Source: Chthoniobacterales bacterium
GTDB taxonomy: Bacteria > Verrucomicrobiota > Verrucomicrobiia > Chthoniobacterales > Chthoniobacteraceae
Length of the DNA: 64,000 bases
Direction: 5' to 3'
NCBI GenBank assembly: GCA_038207335.1
Contig: JBBQZX010000018.1
Location: 1 to 64,000, forward strand
Below the pieces are notes generated by a model. It was not told the origin of the DNA, ran no database searches, and saw only the letters and a program-made list of their open reading frames with translations. The position numbers were made by a program, and so were the translations under genes. Shown here piece by piece: positions 38,877 through 48,529 of the stretch (positions within the stretch are counted from its first letter, which is position 1; each line of letters opens with the position of its first letter).

Positions 38877-39656
38877 TTATGCGAGGGTTGTCTTGCGGTT
38901 GCGGCGGAAGCCGAGGACGCCGCTAAGGGCCATGCCGAGCATCAGCGCGGTGGAGGGCTCGGGGACGGGGCTGAAGGTGACGTTGTCGCCGCTGCCGAGG
39001 GTGAGCCGGCCTTCGTTGGTCGCGAGCGTCGTGGAAGGGCTGCCTTCCGGCACGCGGAAGAGGTCGAGGCCGAGGCCGTTCGTGTAATTTTCGATCGGCC
39101 CGATGTTGCCGCTGCCGAAATCCGTCGAGGCCCGCGTGGACCAGGAGTTGGAGTTCGCAGGATTACCGATTTCCGAGTTTGCCACCGTGCCGTCCGGAGT
39201 GGTGGGCAGCAGATAGTAGTTCTTCATCGAGAGGATGTTGTTCGAGGGGCCGGCCTGGTTGGAGCCGGTCGAAGGAACGGGCGTGGTCAAATAGTTCGCC
39301 GAATCCGCGGGCCGGGAAGAGTAGAGGATATCTCCGGGATCGGAGCCGACGGGCTGTGAGCCGGGGGTGCCGACGAGCGCCCAGAGGACGGTGCCGTCCG
39401 TTTTCCAGGTGGAGCCGAATAGCGTCGTGAGCTGGCTGTTGAGATTCGTCAGCGTCAGCGTGAAAGGCACCGTCGCATCGCGAAAGGTGGATGCCTGCCC
39501 GAGGTTGACGATGAAGTCCTGATTTGTGTTCCCGTCCTGACGGAAGCCGAGGAAAAGGTCGTCCGCGTTGTAGGTCAGCGCCATGGCGGATGGCGCTGTC
39601 AGCGCGACGGCGGCGAGGCCGGCGAGCGCTGTCATTTTGAGATGTGTTAGTTTCAT
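38877..39656 (-). CDS. PEP-CTERM sorting domain protein
   Basis: Signal peptide; C-terminal VPEPST, TM, then RRNRK. Confidence 0.92.
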   Translation of the reverse strand: MKLTHLKMTALAGLAAVALTAPSAMALTYNADDLFLGFRQDGNTNQDFIVNLGQASTFRDATVPFTLTLTNLNSQLTTLFGSTWKTDGTVLWALVGTPGSQPVGSDPGDILYSSRPADSANYLTTPVPSTGSNQAGPSNNILSMKNYYLLPTTPDGTVANSEIGNPANSNSWSTRASTDFGSGNIGPIENYTNGLGLDLFRVPEGSPSTTLATNEGRLTLGSGDNVTFSPVPEPSTALMLGMALSGVLGFRRNRKTTLA

Positions 39657-40130
39657 GGATGTTTGGGTTTTGCGGTTGCGAATCGTGCGTTTGGCACGCG
39701 GCGCCGGGCGGGGATTGGGAAGGTTCGCTCGGTCGGTCGCTGATTCGGCGGCTACGCTAGGGGCCGGTTGAAAAGGGTCAAAAGGTGTATGGTTACATGT
39801 TTGTGTCGGCCATGCGTCGGACGCGAAACCTTGTACCAGCGGGCATCCGCTGGTTTTCGTGTGAAAGCTCCTGGCCTTTCTGGCATCTCGCATTTCACCC
39901 CGGCTAAGTGCTCTTGGGCACTGCTTGCACGGTCCCGGCGGAGTGGGCGGGCAAAATGCGGGCGTCGCGGCGGCGGGTGTGGCCGAAGGGGTGCGGGGCG
40001 GGCAGATTCCAGCCCAGAGGCCTTTGGAAGGAACGGCCCTGAGCCATTCGCAAGGCCGGTCGGCGGGTTCGAGCCCTCCGCTCCAGCCACCACTCACCCG
40101 TCGCTATTCAGCCCTCTCATTCCCTCCACC

Positions 40131-40320
40131 CGGGCGCGCTGCTGGCGAAAAGTGCGCCCGGCTGCAAAAAGCAGGTCATCGTCTCGCCAGCCGGGCGCCC
40201 GGCTGGTGAAAACAGGTGCCCATTTTCGCAAGAACAGAGCCCCTTTTCGCCAGCGGCGCACCCGGCTGGCAAAAAGGAGACCTACTTTTTCCAGCCGGGC
40301 GCGCCTTTTGCGAGCACAGA
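40131..40320. repeat. Degenerate ~21-bp-periodic, self-complementary repeat region
   Basis: CCCGGCTG at 40157, 40198 and 40261; CCAGC(C)GG at 40187, 40250 and 40291; 22-bp inverted repeat 40131-40152 / 40243-40264 (20 of 22 match). Confidence 0.7.
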
Positions 40321-40415
40321 CGCCCTCTGCCCGTTGCAGAGCCGCACTTTTACTCTGATGGCGGCCTCCCACGACCTCCGAGGGCTAACCGCGCAAAGCC
40401 ATTCCCGAGCGTCTC

Positions 40416-41747
40416 TTACAACGCAAACTGCCCGAGGGTGCGCTCGATGCGCTCTAGGACGCGCGCTTTTCCAAGGACCTCTAGCATGTGGTAGAGGCTG
40501 GGGCCGATGCTGCGGCCGCTGACGGCGACGCGGGCGGGGTGGATGTATTCGGCGGGTTTGCAGGGCTGCTCAGCGGCGAGGGCCTTGAGGGCGGCCTCCA
40601 GGGTGGCGGCATCCCAGGTGTCGAGGGCGCTGTAGGTGGCGGAGAGCTGGCGGAGGCGGTCGAGGGCGCCGGGCTTTTGGAGGGTTTTGGCGACGGCTTC
40701 GGGATCAAAAGGGTAGGCGTCGTCGAAGAAGTATCCGATCCAGCCGGGGACTTCGGAGAGTTGTTTGATTTTCTCTTTGATGAGGGCGAGGACGGGCTGG
40801 AGGGAGATGCGGGAGCCGTAGTGGATGTGCTCTTTTTCGATCCAGGGGATGGCGGCGTCGGTGAAGGCGTCAATGTCGAGGGCGGCGATGTGCTGGGCGT
40901 TGAGCCAGTGGCATTTCTCGATGTCGAAATGGGCGGCTTTGCGATTGATGTTCGCAGGCTCGAAGAGGCGGGTGACTTCTTCGATAGGGAGGAGTTCGCG
41001 GTCGTCTTTGGGGGACCAGCCGAGGAGGCAGAGGTAGTTGCGGACGGCGGCGGGGAGGTATCCGGCGTCGTGGTAGCTGGAGAGGCTGGCGCCCTGGTCG
41101 CGCTTGCTCATTTTGGTGCCGTCGCGGTTCAGGATGAGGGGGATGTGCCCGTAGCGCGGGGGGGCGATGGCGAGGGCGCCGAAGAGTTCGAGGTGTTTGG
41201 GGGTGTTGGAGAGGTGGTCTTCGCCGCGGAGGACGTGGGTGATGCCCATTTCGGCGTCATCGACGACGTTGACGAAGTGGAAGATCCAGGAGCCGTCGGG
41301 GCGGCGGATGGTCATGTCGGGATGGGTGGCGGGGTCGCTCATGTCGAAGGCGATGGTGCCGCAGATCATGTCGTCGAGGTGAACGGTGCCGCGCGGGGAG
41401 CGGAAGCGCCAGGCGCCGCTTTCGCCCTCGTAGAGGTGGCCGCCGGCCATGAGTTTCTGAAAGTAGCGCTCGTAGATGTCGTCGCGCTCGCTCTGGAAGT
41501 AGGGGCCGCGGTCGCCGCCGACTTCGGGGCCTTCGTCCCAGTCGAGGCCGAGCCAGCGGAGGCCATCGAGGATGACCTGGACGGCGTCATCGACGTGGCG
41601 CGCGCGGTCGGTGTCCTCGACGCGGAGGATGAATTTCCCGCCGGTGTGGCGTGCGAAGAGCCAGTTGAAAAGCGCGGTGCGCGCGCCGCCGACATGGAGG
41701 AAACCGGTGGGCGAGGGAGCGAAGCGGACGCGGACGGGATCGGACAT
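40416..41747 (-). CDS. gltX: Glutamate--tRNA ligase
   Basis: RFAPSPTG-HVGG, ITHVLRGEDH, KMSKR; anticodon-binding C-terminal domain present. Confidence 0.95.
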   Translation of the reverse strand: MSDPVRVRFAPSPTGFLHVGGARTALFNWLFARHTGGKFILRVEDTDRARHVDDAVQVILDGLRWLGLDWDEGPEVGGDRGPYFQSERDDIYERYFQKLMAGGHLYEGESGAWRFRSPRGTVHLDDMICGTIAFDMSDPATHPDMTIRRPDGSWIFHFVNVVDDAEMGITHVLRGEDHLSNTPKHLELFGALAIAPPRYGHIPLILNRDGTKMSKRDQGASLSSYHDAGYLPAAVRNYLCLLGWSPKDDRELLPIEEVTRLFEPANINRKAAHFDIEKCHWLNAQHIAALDIDAFTDAAIPWIEKEHIHYGSRISLQPVLALIKEKIKQLSEVPGWIGYFFDDAYPFDPEAVAKTLQKPGALDRLRQLSATYSALDTWDAATLEAALKALAAEQPCKPAEYIHPARVAVSGRSIGPSLYHMLEVLGKARVLERIERTLGQFAL

Positions 41748-41800
41748 AAGAGTCGCGGACTGTGGCTGAATTTTCTCGCAAACGGGAGGGAAAATCGCGG

Positions 41801-41849
41801 GGCTCAGTGCGGCTCAGTGCGGCTCAGTGCGGCTCAGTGCGGCTCGGTG
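41801..41849. repeat. 10-bp tandem repeat (GGCTCAGTGC)x4 plus one degenerate copy
   Basis: Read directly; overlaps the stop codon at 41834. Confidence 0.95.
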
Positions 41850-44350
41850 AGGAGGTAGGTCATGAGGTCGCGGAGCTCGCCGGGGGTGAGGGTTTTGTCG
41901 AGGCCGGGCGGCATGAGGGAAATGGCGAGGGGCTCGGTCTTGGAGATGTGGGCCTTTGCGAGCTTTGCGACGGCGCCGCCGGGCTGGGCAATCTGGAGTT
42001 CGGCGGCAGTCTCGGCGATACGCGTGCCGATGACCGCGGTGCCGTCGTCGAGCGTGACGGTGTAGGCGGCGGCATCGGGATTGATGGCGGCGCTGGGGTC
42101 GGAGATGTCGCGGAGGACGCTGGCGTAGTCGCGGAAGGAGAGGTTGCTGAGGTCGGGGCCGACCTGGACGCCGTCGCCGCGCAGTTTGTGGCAGGTGGCG
42201 CAGGCGGCTTTGCCTTTGAAGAGGGCGTGGCCGGCCTCCCAATCGCCGCCGTTGATCTCGGGGTGCGCGAGGCGCTGCTCGCCGGGCAGCGCGGCGGTGG
42301 CGAATGGCACGAGGAAGCGCCGGGTGCCGAGTGCGCGCGGACGCGGATCGCGGCTGGTGTGAAACGAGACATCGACCGTGCTCACAGGCGTGGTGACGGT
42401 CGCGGTGAAGGGCAGATATTTTCCCTCGCCGGCGGGCGTGAGCGTGAAGCTCGCCTCGTGCGCGCCGAGCTGCTCGATCTTCACGCCGGGGGCGTAAAGT
42501 TTCAGCGCGGCGTCGCTTTTAAAGACGACGGTGACGACCTCGGGCTCGGGCGTGTAGCCGAGATCGGAGCCGGGCTGGGTGACGGGGATGAGCATTTTCC
42601 AAAGGTCGACCTGGCCGCGGAGCGTGAGGGTGCCGGGTGTGGCGACTTGCTTCCAGAAGGCGGCGTGCGCCACGCTGCCTCGGGTGAATGCGCGGGCGGC
42701 GATGAAGTCGGCGTGAGGCAGCCAGAGCTTGTTCGCGGCGTCCGCACGCTCGCCGCGCCACTCGGCCTCGACGCCGCTGAGATCGTGCATGAGATCGAGC
42801 GCGCCGCCGGGCTGACGGATGGTGAGGGCGTAATTCACCGCAGATACGCGCGGGGCGGTTTCGAGGACGACGCTGCGCCGGTCTTCGCTGAGGCGCGCGC
42901 TTTTCACGGCGACTGCGCCGGGCTTGTCGCGCTGCTGCATCTGCACGACGACGTATCCGGGCCGGATCGCCTCCAGTCGATCGGCGGCATCCACCCAGCG
43001 GCCATCGGCGATGCTGGTGCGCGCGGCGATGTCGCTCCACGCTGAGGGATCAAGCGGGCGGTCGAATGCGACGACAGTCTCCGTATCGCTCGCGGGCCAT
43101 GTGAGCACGGGCTGCGGCGCGTCTTTGCCGGTGTAGCTGATTTTGAAAAGACGCCCGGCGCCCTTTGGCCCATTGCCCCAGTCGGGTCCGCCGGTGTGGC
43201 AGCTCACGAGTAAGTCGCCCTGCGGCGAGATCGCGCAATCGACGGCGAGCAATCCCATGCGAGCAAAGAGATCAGTTTTTGCGACGTAGCCGGCGGCGGT
43301 TTTCGCGAGCTTCGTGCGCCACAGTTTGCCGCGCGATTCGCCCGTGATGATCGCATTTTCACCCCAAAACTCCGGGCCGAAAACCGCGCGTCCCGGCGCA
43401 GGACCGTTGAACCGGAAGCCGCAGGTGCTCTCGTGCTGCGGCATGTAATCCCAGACGCTCGGCTCATCGACCACGTCCGGCAAAAACTGCGGATGACGCG
43501 GCGGAAATCCGTAGTGCCTGCCGGGCTGGATGTGCAGGAGTTCGTCGAAAGGATTGCCATTCGGGCACCACGTCGCGCCCTCCTGGTCGGTGCCGAAAAG
43601 GTCGCCGAGTTTGTTGAATTGGAGCGCCATGACGTATCGGAGGCCGCTCGCGAGTTGCTCGATTTTCCCATCCGGCGCGATGCGCAGCAAGCAGCCGTGG
43701 CGCTTGTCAGGCGAGTAGTGCGGCGTGCCAACGGGGCCACTCGCGGCGCGCCCCTTTTCCACCGTGCCGTCGTGCCAGTAGGGATTGCTGTATCCGGCGT
43801 TGCCCATTGTTACGTAAATCGACCCATCCGGCGCGAGCGCGAGCGCGAGCGCGCTGTCCACGCGACGGTGATTGAGATACGGCAGCTTCTCGAGCGCGGG
43901 ATTGGCGAAGCCTTTCACGACGGTGACGCGTGTGTCCGGCACGCCATCGCCGTCCGTGTCGGAAAAACGCACGACTTCATCCGCGAGCACAGCGTATAGG
44001 ACGCCGTCTTTCACCGCCATGCCGAGCGGATAGTCGGCGCTTTCTGCGGGTGAGAAAGTGATGACTTTGTCCTCGAGCCCGTCGCCATCGGTGTCGCGCA
44101 GGAGATGGAATCGCCCGTCGTATCCGCCCGCTAAAAGCCGACCATCGGCGGCGTATTCGATGTTGTTCAGGCTCGTGATTTTCACCGGCAGCTCGCGCAC
44201 GGTGAATCCCGGCACGAGCATCTGCAGCGCGCCGTCTTTTGAAGGCGGGAACGGGGGCTCCGGCTGCTTGTCCGGCGTCGGCGGGATGGGCGGCTCCGCG
44301 GCAAACGCGGCGGTGGCGACGAGCGCGAAAAGAAGGGCGTGGGATTGCAT
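41834..44350 (-). CDS. PVC-type putative dehydrogenase: beta-propeller plus haem c (CxxCH) domain
   Basis: Signal peptide; DTDGDG repeats; ASGLR; C-terminal CATCH...VGPDLS...SLMPPGL. Confidence 0.88.
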   Translation of the reverse strand: MQSHALLFALVATAAFAAEPPIPPTPDKQPEPPFPPSKDGALQMLVPGFTVRELPVKITSLNNIEYAADGRLLAGGYDGRFHLLRDTDGDGLEDKVITFSPAESADYPLGMAVKDGVLYAVLADEVVRFSDTDGDGVPDTRVTVVKGFANPALEKLPYLNHRRVDSALALALAPDGSIYVTMGNAGYSNPYWHDGTVEKGRAASGPVGTPHYSPDKRHGCLLRIAPDGKIEQLASGLRYVMALQFNKLGDLFGTDQEGATWCPNGNPFDELLHIQPGRHYGFPPRHPQFLPDVVDEPSVWDYMPQHESTCGFRFNGPAPGRAVFGPEFWGENAIITGESRGKLWRTKLAKTAAGYVAKTDLFARMGLLAVDCAISPQGDLLVSCHTGGPDWGNGPKGAGRLFKISYTGKDAPQPVLTWPASDTETVVAFDRPLDPSAWSDIAARTSIADGRWVDAADRLEAIRPGYVVVQMQQRDKPGAVAVKSARLSEDRRSVVLETAPRVSAVNYALTIRQPGGALDLMHDLSGVEAEWRGERADAANKLWLPHADFIAARAFTRGSVAHAAFWKQVATPGTLTLRGQVDLWKMLIPVTQPGSDLGYTPEPEVVTVVFKSDAALKLYAPGVKIEQLGAHEASFTLTPAGEGKYLPFTATVTTPVSTVDVSFHTSRDPRPRALGTRRFLVPFATAALPGEQRLAHPEINGGDWEAGHALFKGKAACATCHKLRGDGVQVGPDLSNLSFRDYASVLRDISDPSAAINPDAAAYTVTLDDGTAVIGTRIAETAAELQIAQPGGAVAKLAKAHISKTEPLAISLMPPGLDKTLTPGELRDLMTYLLTEPH

Positions 44351-44452
44351 TGAGCGGGAGGATTTCAGCGCGAAGGCGCGCGAAATCTCACAACCCGTGC
44401 GCGGAAAAACGAGCGCGCAATTTTCTCCGCAAATCGAAACAAGCCCCGCGGC

Positions 44453-46441
44453 TCAGCCGGGGATTTCGCGGAGCATCTGCTCGTTGGTCGGGAATTTTTT
44501 CGCGAAGAAGATGAGGCGCTCGATGGCTTCCATCGGCTTGTAGCCGGAGAGGCCGCGGCGGACGACGTGGATTTTGTGCAGGTCGTCGGCGGGGACGAGG
44601 AGTTCCTCGCGGCGCGTGCCGGAGAGGAAGATATCGACTGCGGGATAGATGCGCTGCTCGGAGATGCGACGGTCGAGGACGAGCTCCATGTTTCCCGTGC
44701 CCTTGAATTCCTGGAAGATGACGTCGTCCATGCGGCTGTTCGTCTCGATGAGCGCGGTGGCCATGATCGTGAGCGAGCCAGCCTCCTCGGTGTTGCGCGC
44801 GGCGGCGAAAATCTTGCGCGGGATTTCCAACGCGCGGGTGTCGAGACCGCCGGACATGGTGCGCCCGCCGGTGGCGGCGTTGTTGAAGGCGCGGCCGACT
44901 CGCGTAATCGAGTCGAGCAGGATGAAGACGTCCTTGCCGGCCTCGACGAGGCGCTTCGCCCGCTCCATGCAGAGCGTCGCGATGCGTGTGTGAGATTTCA
45001 CATCCATGTCGTTCGAGCTCGCCATGATCTCGGCGTGCGGACAGGTGCGCTTGAAGTCTGTGACTTCCTCGGGCCGCTCATCGACGAGCAAAATGATGAG
45101 CTTCAGCTCGGGGTGATTTTTCGCCACCGCTGCGGCCATGTGCTGCAGCAGCGTGGTCTTGCCGGTGCGCGGCGGCGCGACGATGAGGCCGCGCTGGCCT
45201 TTGCCGATGGGCGTCATCAGGTCGATGATGCGCGTGGTGTAACGCTCCGGCACGGTCTCGAGGCGGATGCGCTCGAGCGGGCTGATGACTGTGAGTTCGT
45301 CGAACGCCGGGAGGTTGCGCGCCTTCTCGGGCTCGTCGCCATTGATCTCGAGGATGCGATGGAGTTGGGAACCCCGGTTGCTTTTGCGCGTCTCGCCTTT
45401 CAGCCACTGGCCATCGCGCAAGTGGTATCGGCGCACGAGTTCGGGCGTTACGAAAATATCGCTGGGATGCTGGCTGAAGCCGCGCTTGGCATCGCGGATG
45501 AAGCCGAAGCCCTTGCCGGAAATCTCGACGATCCCCTCGCCGCTGCCGAGTTCTTCATCGGGTGAAAGCGGGTCAGTGATCCCCATGTCGGTGCGCTCCT
45601 CGGACTCGAAGCGCTCCGGCCGGTCGCCCCGCTGGCCGCGGTCGTGGCGGTCATTGCGTCCGCGCCGATCGTGGCGGTCACCGCGCTGCTGGTCGTCGCG
45701 AGGCTCGCGCGGTTCGCGCTGCGGGCGCGGCGCGGAGGGCTCGGCGACGGGAATTTGCATCTCGGCCGCCTGGCTCGCAGTCACGGCGAGAGGCGCTTCT
45801 TTCCCCTCCTGCTCCATCTGCTTAGCGACATGCCTCGGGACATAAACCGGATACTGCCGCGGCGCAGGCGCAGCAGACGGCGGCTCCGCAACGGGCGCGG
45901 AAGCGGCAGCCAGCGGCTCCGCGACGGGCTCCGTCACGCGTGCCGGAGGCTCGGGAACCGGCTCTGGCACAGATTTCGCAGATGGCCGCCACTCCTCGAC
46001 ATGACCGCTGTTTCCCGGAGCATTCACGCCGGAAGCGTGTCCGCTGTAGCCAGGATCGCCGCTCCCGGCCGCCCGCGTTTCAGCGCGCGCCGGGCTCGCA
46101 ATCTGCGCTTTTCCCTCCGCCGACGGGACAGGTGACTCTACTCTCGGCACCGGCGTTTCTGCCGCGGGAGCGATCCCTTTTTCCCCGGCCGGCACAGCCG
46201 CCTTCGCCGACTTCGCTGTTTCCGCAGCAGCATCGGCGGGCGCGGCATCGGCCACCTTTTTCTTGCGCGACGCACGCGGCTTCGCGGGAGCTTTTGCAGC
46301 AGTCGGCTTTTCGCCGTCCTGTTCCGCGGCTGGCTTTGCTTTCGCTCGCGATGCGCGGGGCTTGGCGGCTTTTTTCGGTGGTACAGCCGGTTCTTCGGTG
46401 TCGAACAACGGCTGCTGTGCGGGCTCTGTCATAGTGGGCAT
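44453..46441 (-). CDS. rho: Transcription termination factor Rho with long low-complexity N-terminus
   Basis: GFGFIR, PIGKGQRGLIVAPPRTGKT, DERPEEVT, LDSITR and EFKGTGNMEL motifs. Confidence 0.96.
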   Translation of the reverse strand: MPTMTEPAQQPLFDTEEPAVPPKKAAKPRASRAKAKPAAEQDGEKPTAAKAPAKPRASRKKKVADAAPADAAAETAKSAKAAVPAGEKGIAPAAETPVPRVESPVPSAEGKAQIASPARAETRAAGSGDPGYSGHASGVNAPGNSGHVEEWRPSAKSVPEPVPEPPARVTEPVAEPLAAASAPVAEPPSAAPAPRQYPVYVPRHVAKQMEQEGKEAPLAVTASQAAEMQIPVAEPSAPRPQREPREPRDDQQRGDRHDRRGRNDRHDRGQRGDRPERFESEERTDMGITDPLSPDEELGSGEGIVEISGKGFGFIRDAKRGFSQHPSDIFVTPELVRRYHLRDGQWLKGETRKSNRGSQLHRILEINGDEPEKARNLPAFDELTVISPLERIRLETVPERYTTRIIDLMTPIGKGQRGLIVAPPRTGKTTLLQHMAAAVAKNHPELKLIILLVDERPEEVTDFKRTCPHAEIMASSNDMDVKSHTRIATLCMERAKRLVEAGKDVFILLDSITRVGRAFNNAATGGRTMSGGLDTRALEIPRKIFAAARNTEEAGSLTIMATALIETNSRMDDVIFQEFKGTGNMELVLDRRISEQRIYPAVDIFLSGTRREELLVPADDLHKIHVVRRGLSGYKPMEAIERLIFFAKKFPTNEQMLREIPG

Positions 46442-46842
46442 GTGGGATTGTCGGACCGGCGCCTTTTGCCGGAGAAAAATTGGGGATGAATGGGTGGCTG
46501 CGATTCAGCCGGGAAGCGGGGAAATGGAAACGGGCCTCGCGGAATCCGCGACATCACTGCGATTACCACAGGGTATCGGACTGCCGCGGACGCCAGCGGG
46601 ATTTTCGGGCATCCGCAAGTCGGCTGGGTATTCCGACCGTGGATGCACTTCGCCTCGTTTCGGGTCGAGGCGGGCCCTTGAGAAGGTGTAACGTGGGATC
46701 ACTTCGCGCGACCCGCGATGAATACAGACTTTGATTCGGTGAAGGATGGAGATTCGCGACAGCCTTCCGGCTAGGAAACGAGGAAGTTTTGCGAGAAAGT
46801 TTGCCCGAGCGGGCGAAGCACCAGTGCCGCTAAACTGCTGAG

Positions 46843-46871
46843 AAAGTGGAGGGATTCCGCGCAGGCGTCAA
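46843..46871 (-). promoter_or_regulatory. Possible sigma70-type promoter of rho, implying a ~400-nt leader
   Basis: TTGACG-N17-CACTTT on the minus strand. Confidence 0.35.
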
Positions 46872-46990
46872 CAGGGATTTTTAAATCCTTCTGACGCGGG
46901 GGCATGCGCCAAATTCCCTTTCGGCGAGCACGTATCTCATCACCGACCTAAAACTGAATGCCGCAAACGGAGGCACCGCCGCGCACGACT

Positions 46991-48418
46991 TTACGCGCCG
47001 TACGAACTTTCCACCCGCTTCGCCACATCCATGTATCCGTAATCCACCTCGTAGATTTGCTTCATCGCCTCGAGCGACTCCTCTTTTTTACCCATCCGCT
47101 CATAGACGAGCCCGAGCTTGTAAACGATCTCCTTCTTGATCGAGTCCATGGCCAGAATCTCGCTCGCCGCATCCTTGAGCTGCTTCACCGCGAGATCGAG
47201 CATCCCCTTTTCGGTGTAGCACTGGCCGAGCAAATTCATCGCTTTCAGACGCGCATTCGGATTCTGCCGCGCGCGCTGGAGCTCCGAGATCGCCTCGGTG
47301 TATTCGCCCGCTGCCACGAGCTGTTCGCCGAGCTCGTAACGAAGCTGCAAATCGGTCGGATTCCGCTCCACCCGTTTGCGCGCTTCGCTGATGAGCAACC
47401 CGGCTTTTTGCCTTTTAAGTTCCGCGAGATTCTCCTGCGCCTGCACTGCCTCGTCGGTGTCACCGTACTCTGCGAGCCACGCCTCAAATGCACGGATTTC
47501 CCCGTCGAGCTTCTTCATTTGAAGATCGGAAAGTCTGCGCGCCACCGCCGGGTCGCTGCCGCTCACGATCTCATTCGTGTGGGCATAAAAATAGATCGCC
47601 CCCGCGACACTCTCCTCATCCTCCTCGATCTCATAACGATCCTCCCACAACTTCGCGAGCCGCCGCGAAATATCGGAATTCTGCTGGTTCGCCTCGAACT
47701 CCGGCGTCAGCTCCGCAATCTGCTCGTTGATCATCTCGGTGCTCTTCACCACGCGATTCTTTTGCTCGAGCATCACCGCCTCCTCCTTGTTTTTGATCAA
47801 GGAGCGATAGTCCAGTTTTCCACCCGAGTCCGCCACCTGCTCCCATCCGCCGGATTTCATCGTCGCACGTGCCGACGCGTCCTTGCTCTTTTTGATCGCC
47901 GCAAGGTCCGCCGGATTCAGTTCCGCGATTTTTGAAAAGACCGCGACCGCCTTGTCCGCATCGCCGATCGAGTTCAGGTAATCGCCGAGTTCGTGCATCG
48001 TCTTCACGTCTTTCGGATTCCCCTCGATGATCGTCTCGAGCGCGAACACCGCCACCTCGGGATGTTCCGCGGCCTTTGCGGCGTCCTTCAGCAGATGATT
48101 TGCCTGCACATTGTAGGGGTCCGCCTCGAGGCTTTTCTCCGCCAGTTCCATCGCCGCGAGGGGATCCTTTTTCACCATCGACCCGCCCTTCATCGAAGCC
48201 GTTGAGAGGCCGGACAAAAAACTCCTCTTTCCCTTTGTAGCGGCGATCTCTGCACGGCGGAGAATACGGCGCGCATCCAGGAAAGCGGGTGCCTCCTTTA
48301 GCACCGCCTGGATCAGCGAAATCGTGTAGCCAAAGTTGCGGACTTCATACGCAGCGAGGGCTTTCAGCCACAGTGCGCGCGTCTTTTCGGTGAGATCTTT
48401 TTCGGTCTGGAGAGCCAT
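46991..48418 (-). CDS. Tetratricopeptide repeat protein
   Basis: Multiple TPR-like helices, e.g. LRYELGEQL and AMNLLGQCY; start MALQTEK. Confidence 0.88.
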   Translation of the reverse strand: MALQTEKDLTEKTRALWLKALAAYEVRNFGYTISLIQAVLKEAPAFLDARRILRRAEIAATKGKRSFLSGLSTASMKGGSMVKKDPLAAMELAEKSLEADPYNVQANHLLKDAAKAAEHPEVAVFALETIIEGNPKDVKTMHELGDYLNSIGDADKAVAVFSKIAELNPADLAAIKKSKDASARATMKSGGWEQVADSGGKLDYRSLIKNKEEAVMLEQKNRVVKSTEMINEQIAELTPEFEANQQNSDISRRLAKLWEDRYEIEEDEESVAGAIYFYAHTNEIVSGSDPAVARRLSDLQMKKLDGEIRAFEAWLAEYGDTDEAVQAQENLAELKRQKAGLLISEARKRVERNPTDLQLRYELGEQLVAAGEYTEAISELQRARQNPNARLKAMNLLGQCYTEKGMLDLAVKQLKDAASEILAMDSIKKEIVYKLGLVYERMGKKEESLEAMKQIYEVDYGYMDVAKRVESSYGA

Positions 48419-48529
48419 AAATTCAGGGAGGCAACTAGCTAACACGTCGGCTTCCGCTTTGACAATCCCCACCCGCAAAACCGTTCACACCGCCTCTCAC
48501 CATATCCGTTCCGCCCGCGCGGGCACTTC

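Noticed and set aside
40020..40092. tRNA-like GGTTCGAGCCC...CCACCA
   Set aside because: The T-stem pairs poorly, and I could not build a matching acceptor stem, D arm or anticodon arm; at most a relic. tRNAscan-SE would settle it.
40131..41849. Repeats as a CRISPR array
   Set aside because: No identical 23-47-bp repeats with unique spacers, and no cas genes.
46505..46702. 65-aa leader peptide upstream of rho
   Set aside because: No recognisable motif or coding signal; better treated as leader RNA.
46770..46830. GAGGAAG/GAGAAAGT resembling RNase P RNA
   Set aside because: Lacks the GAGGAAAGUCC core and its 3' P4 partner.
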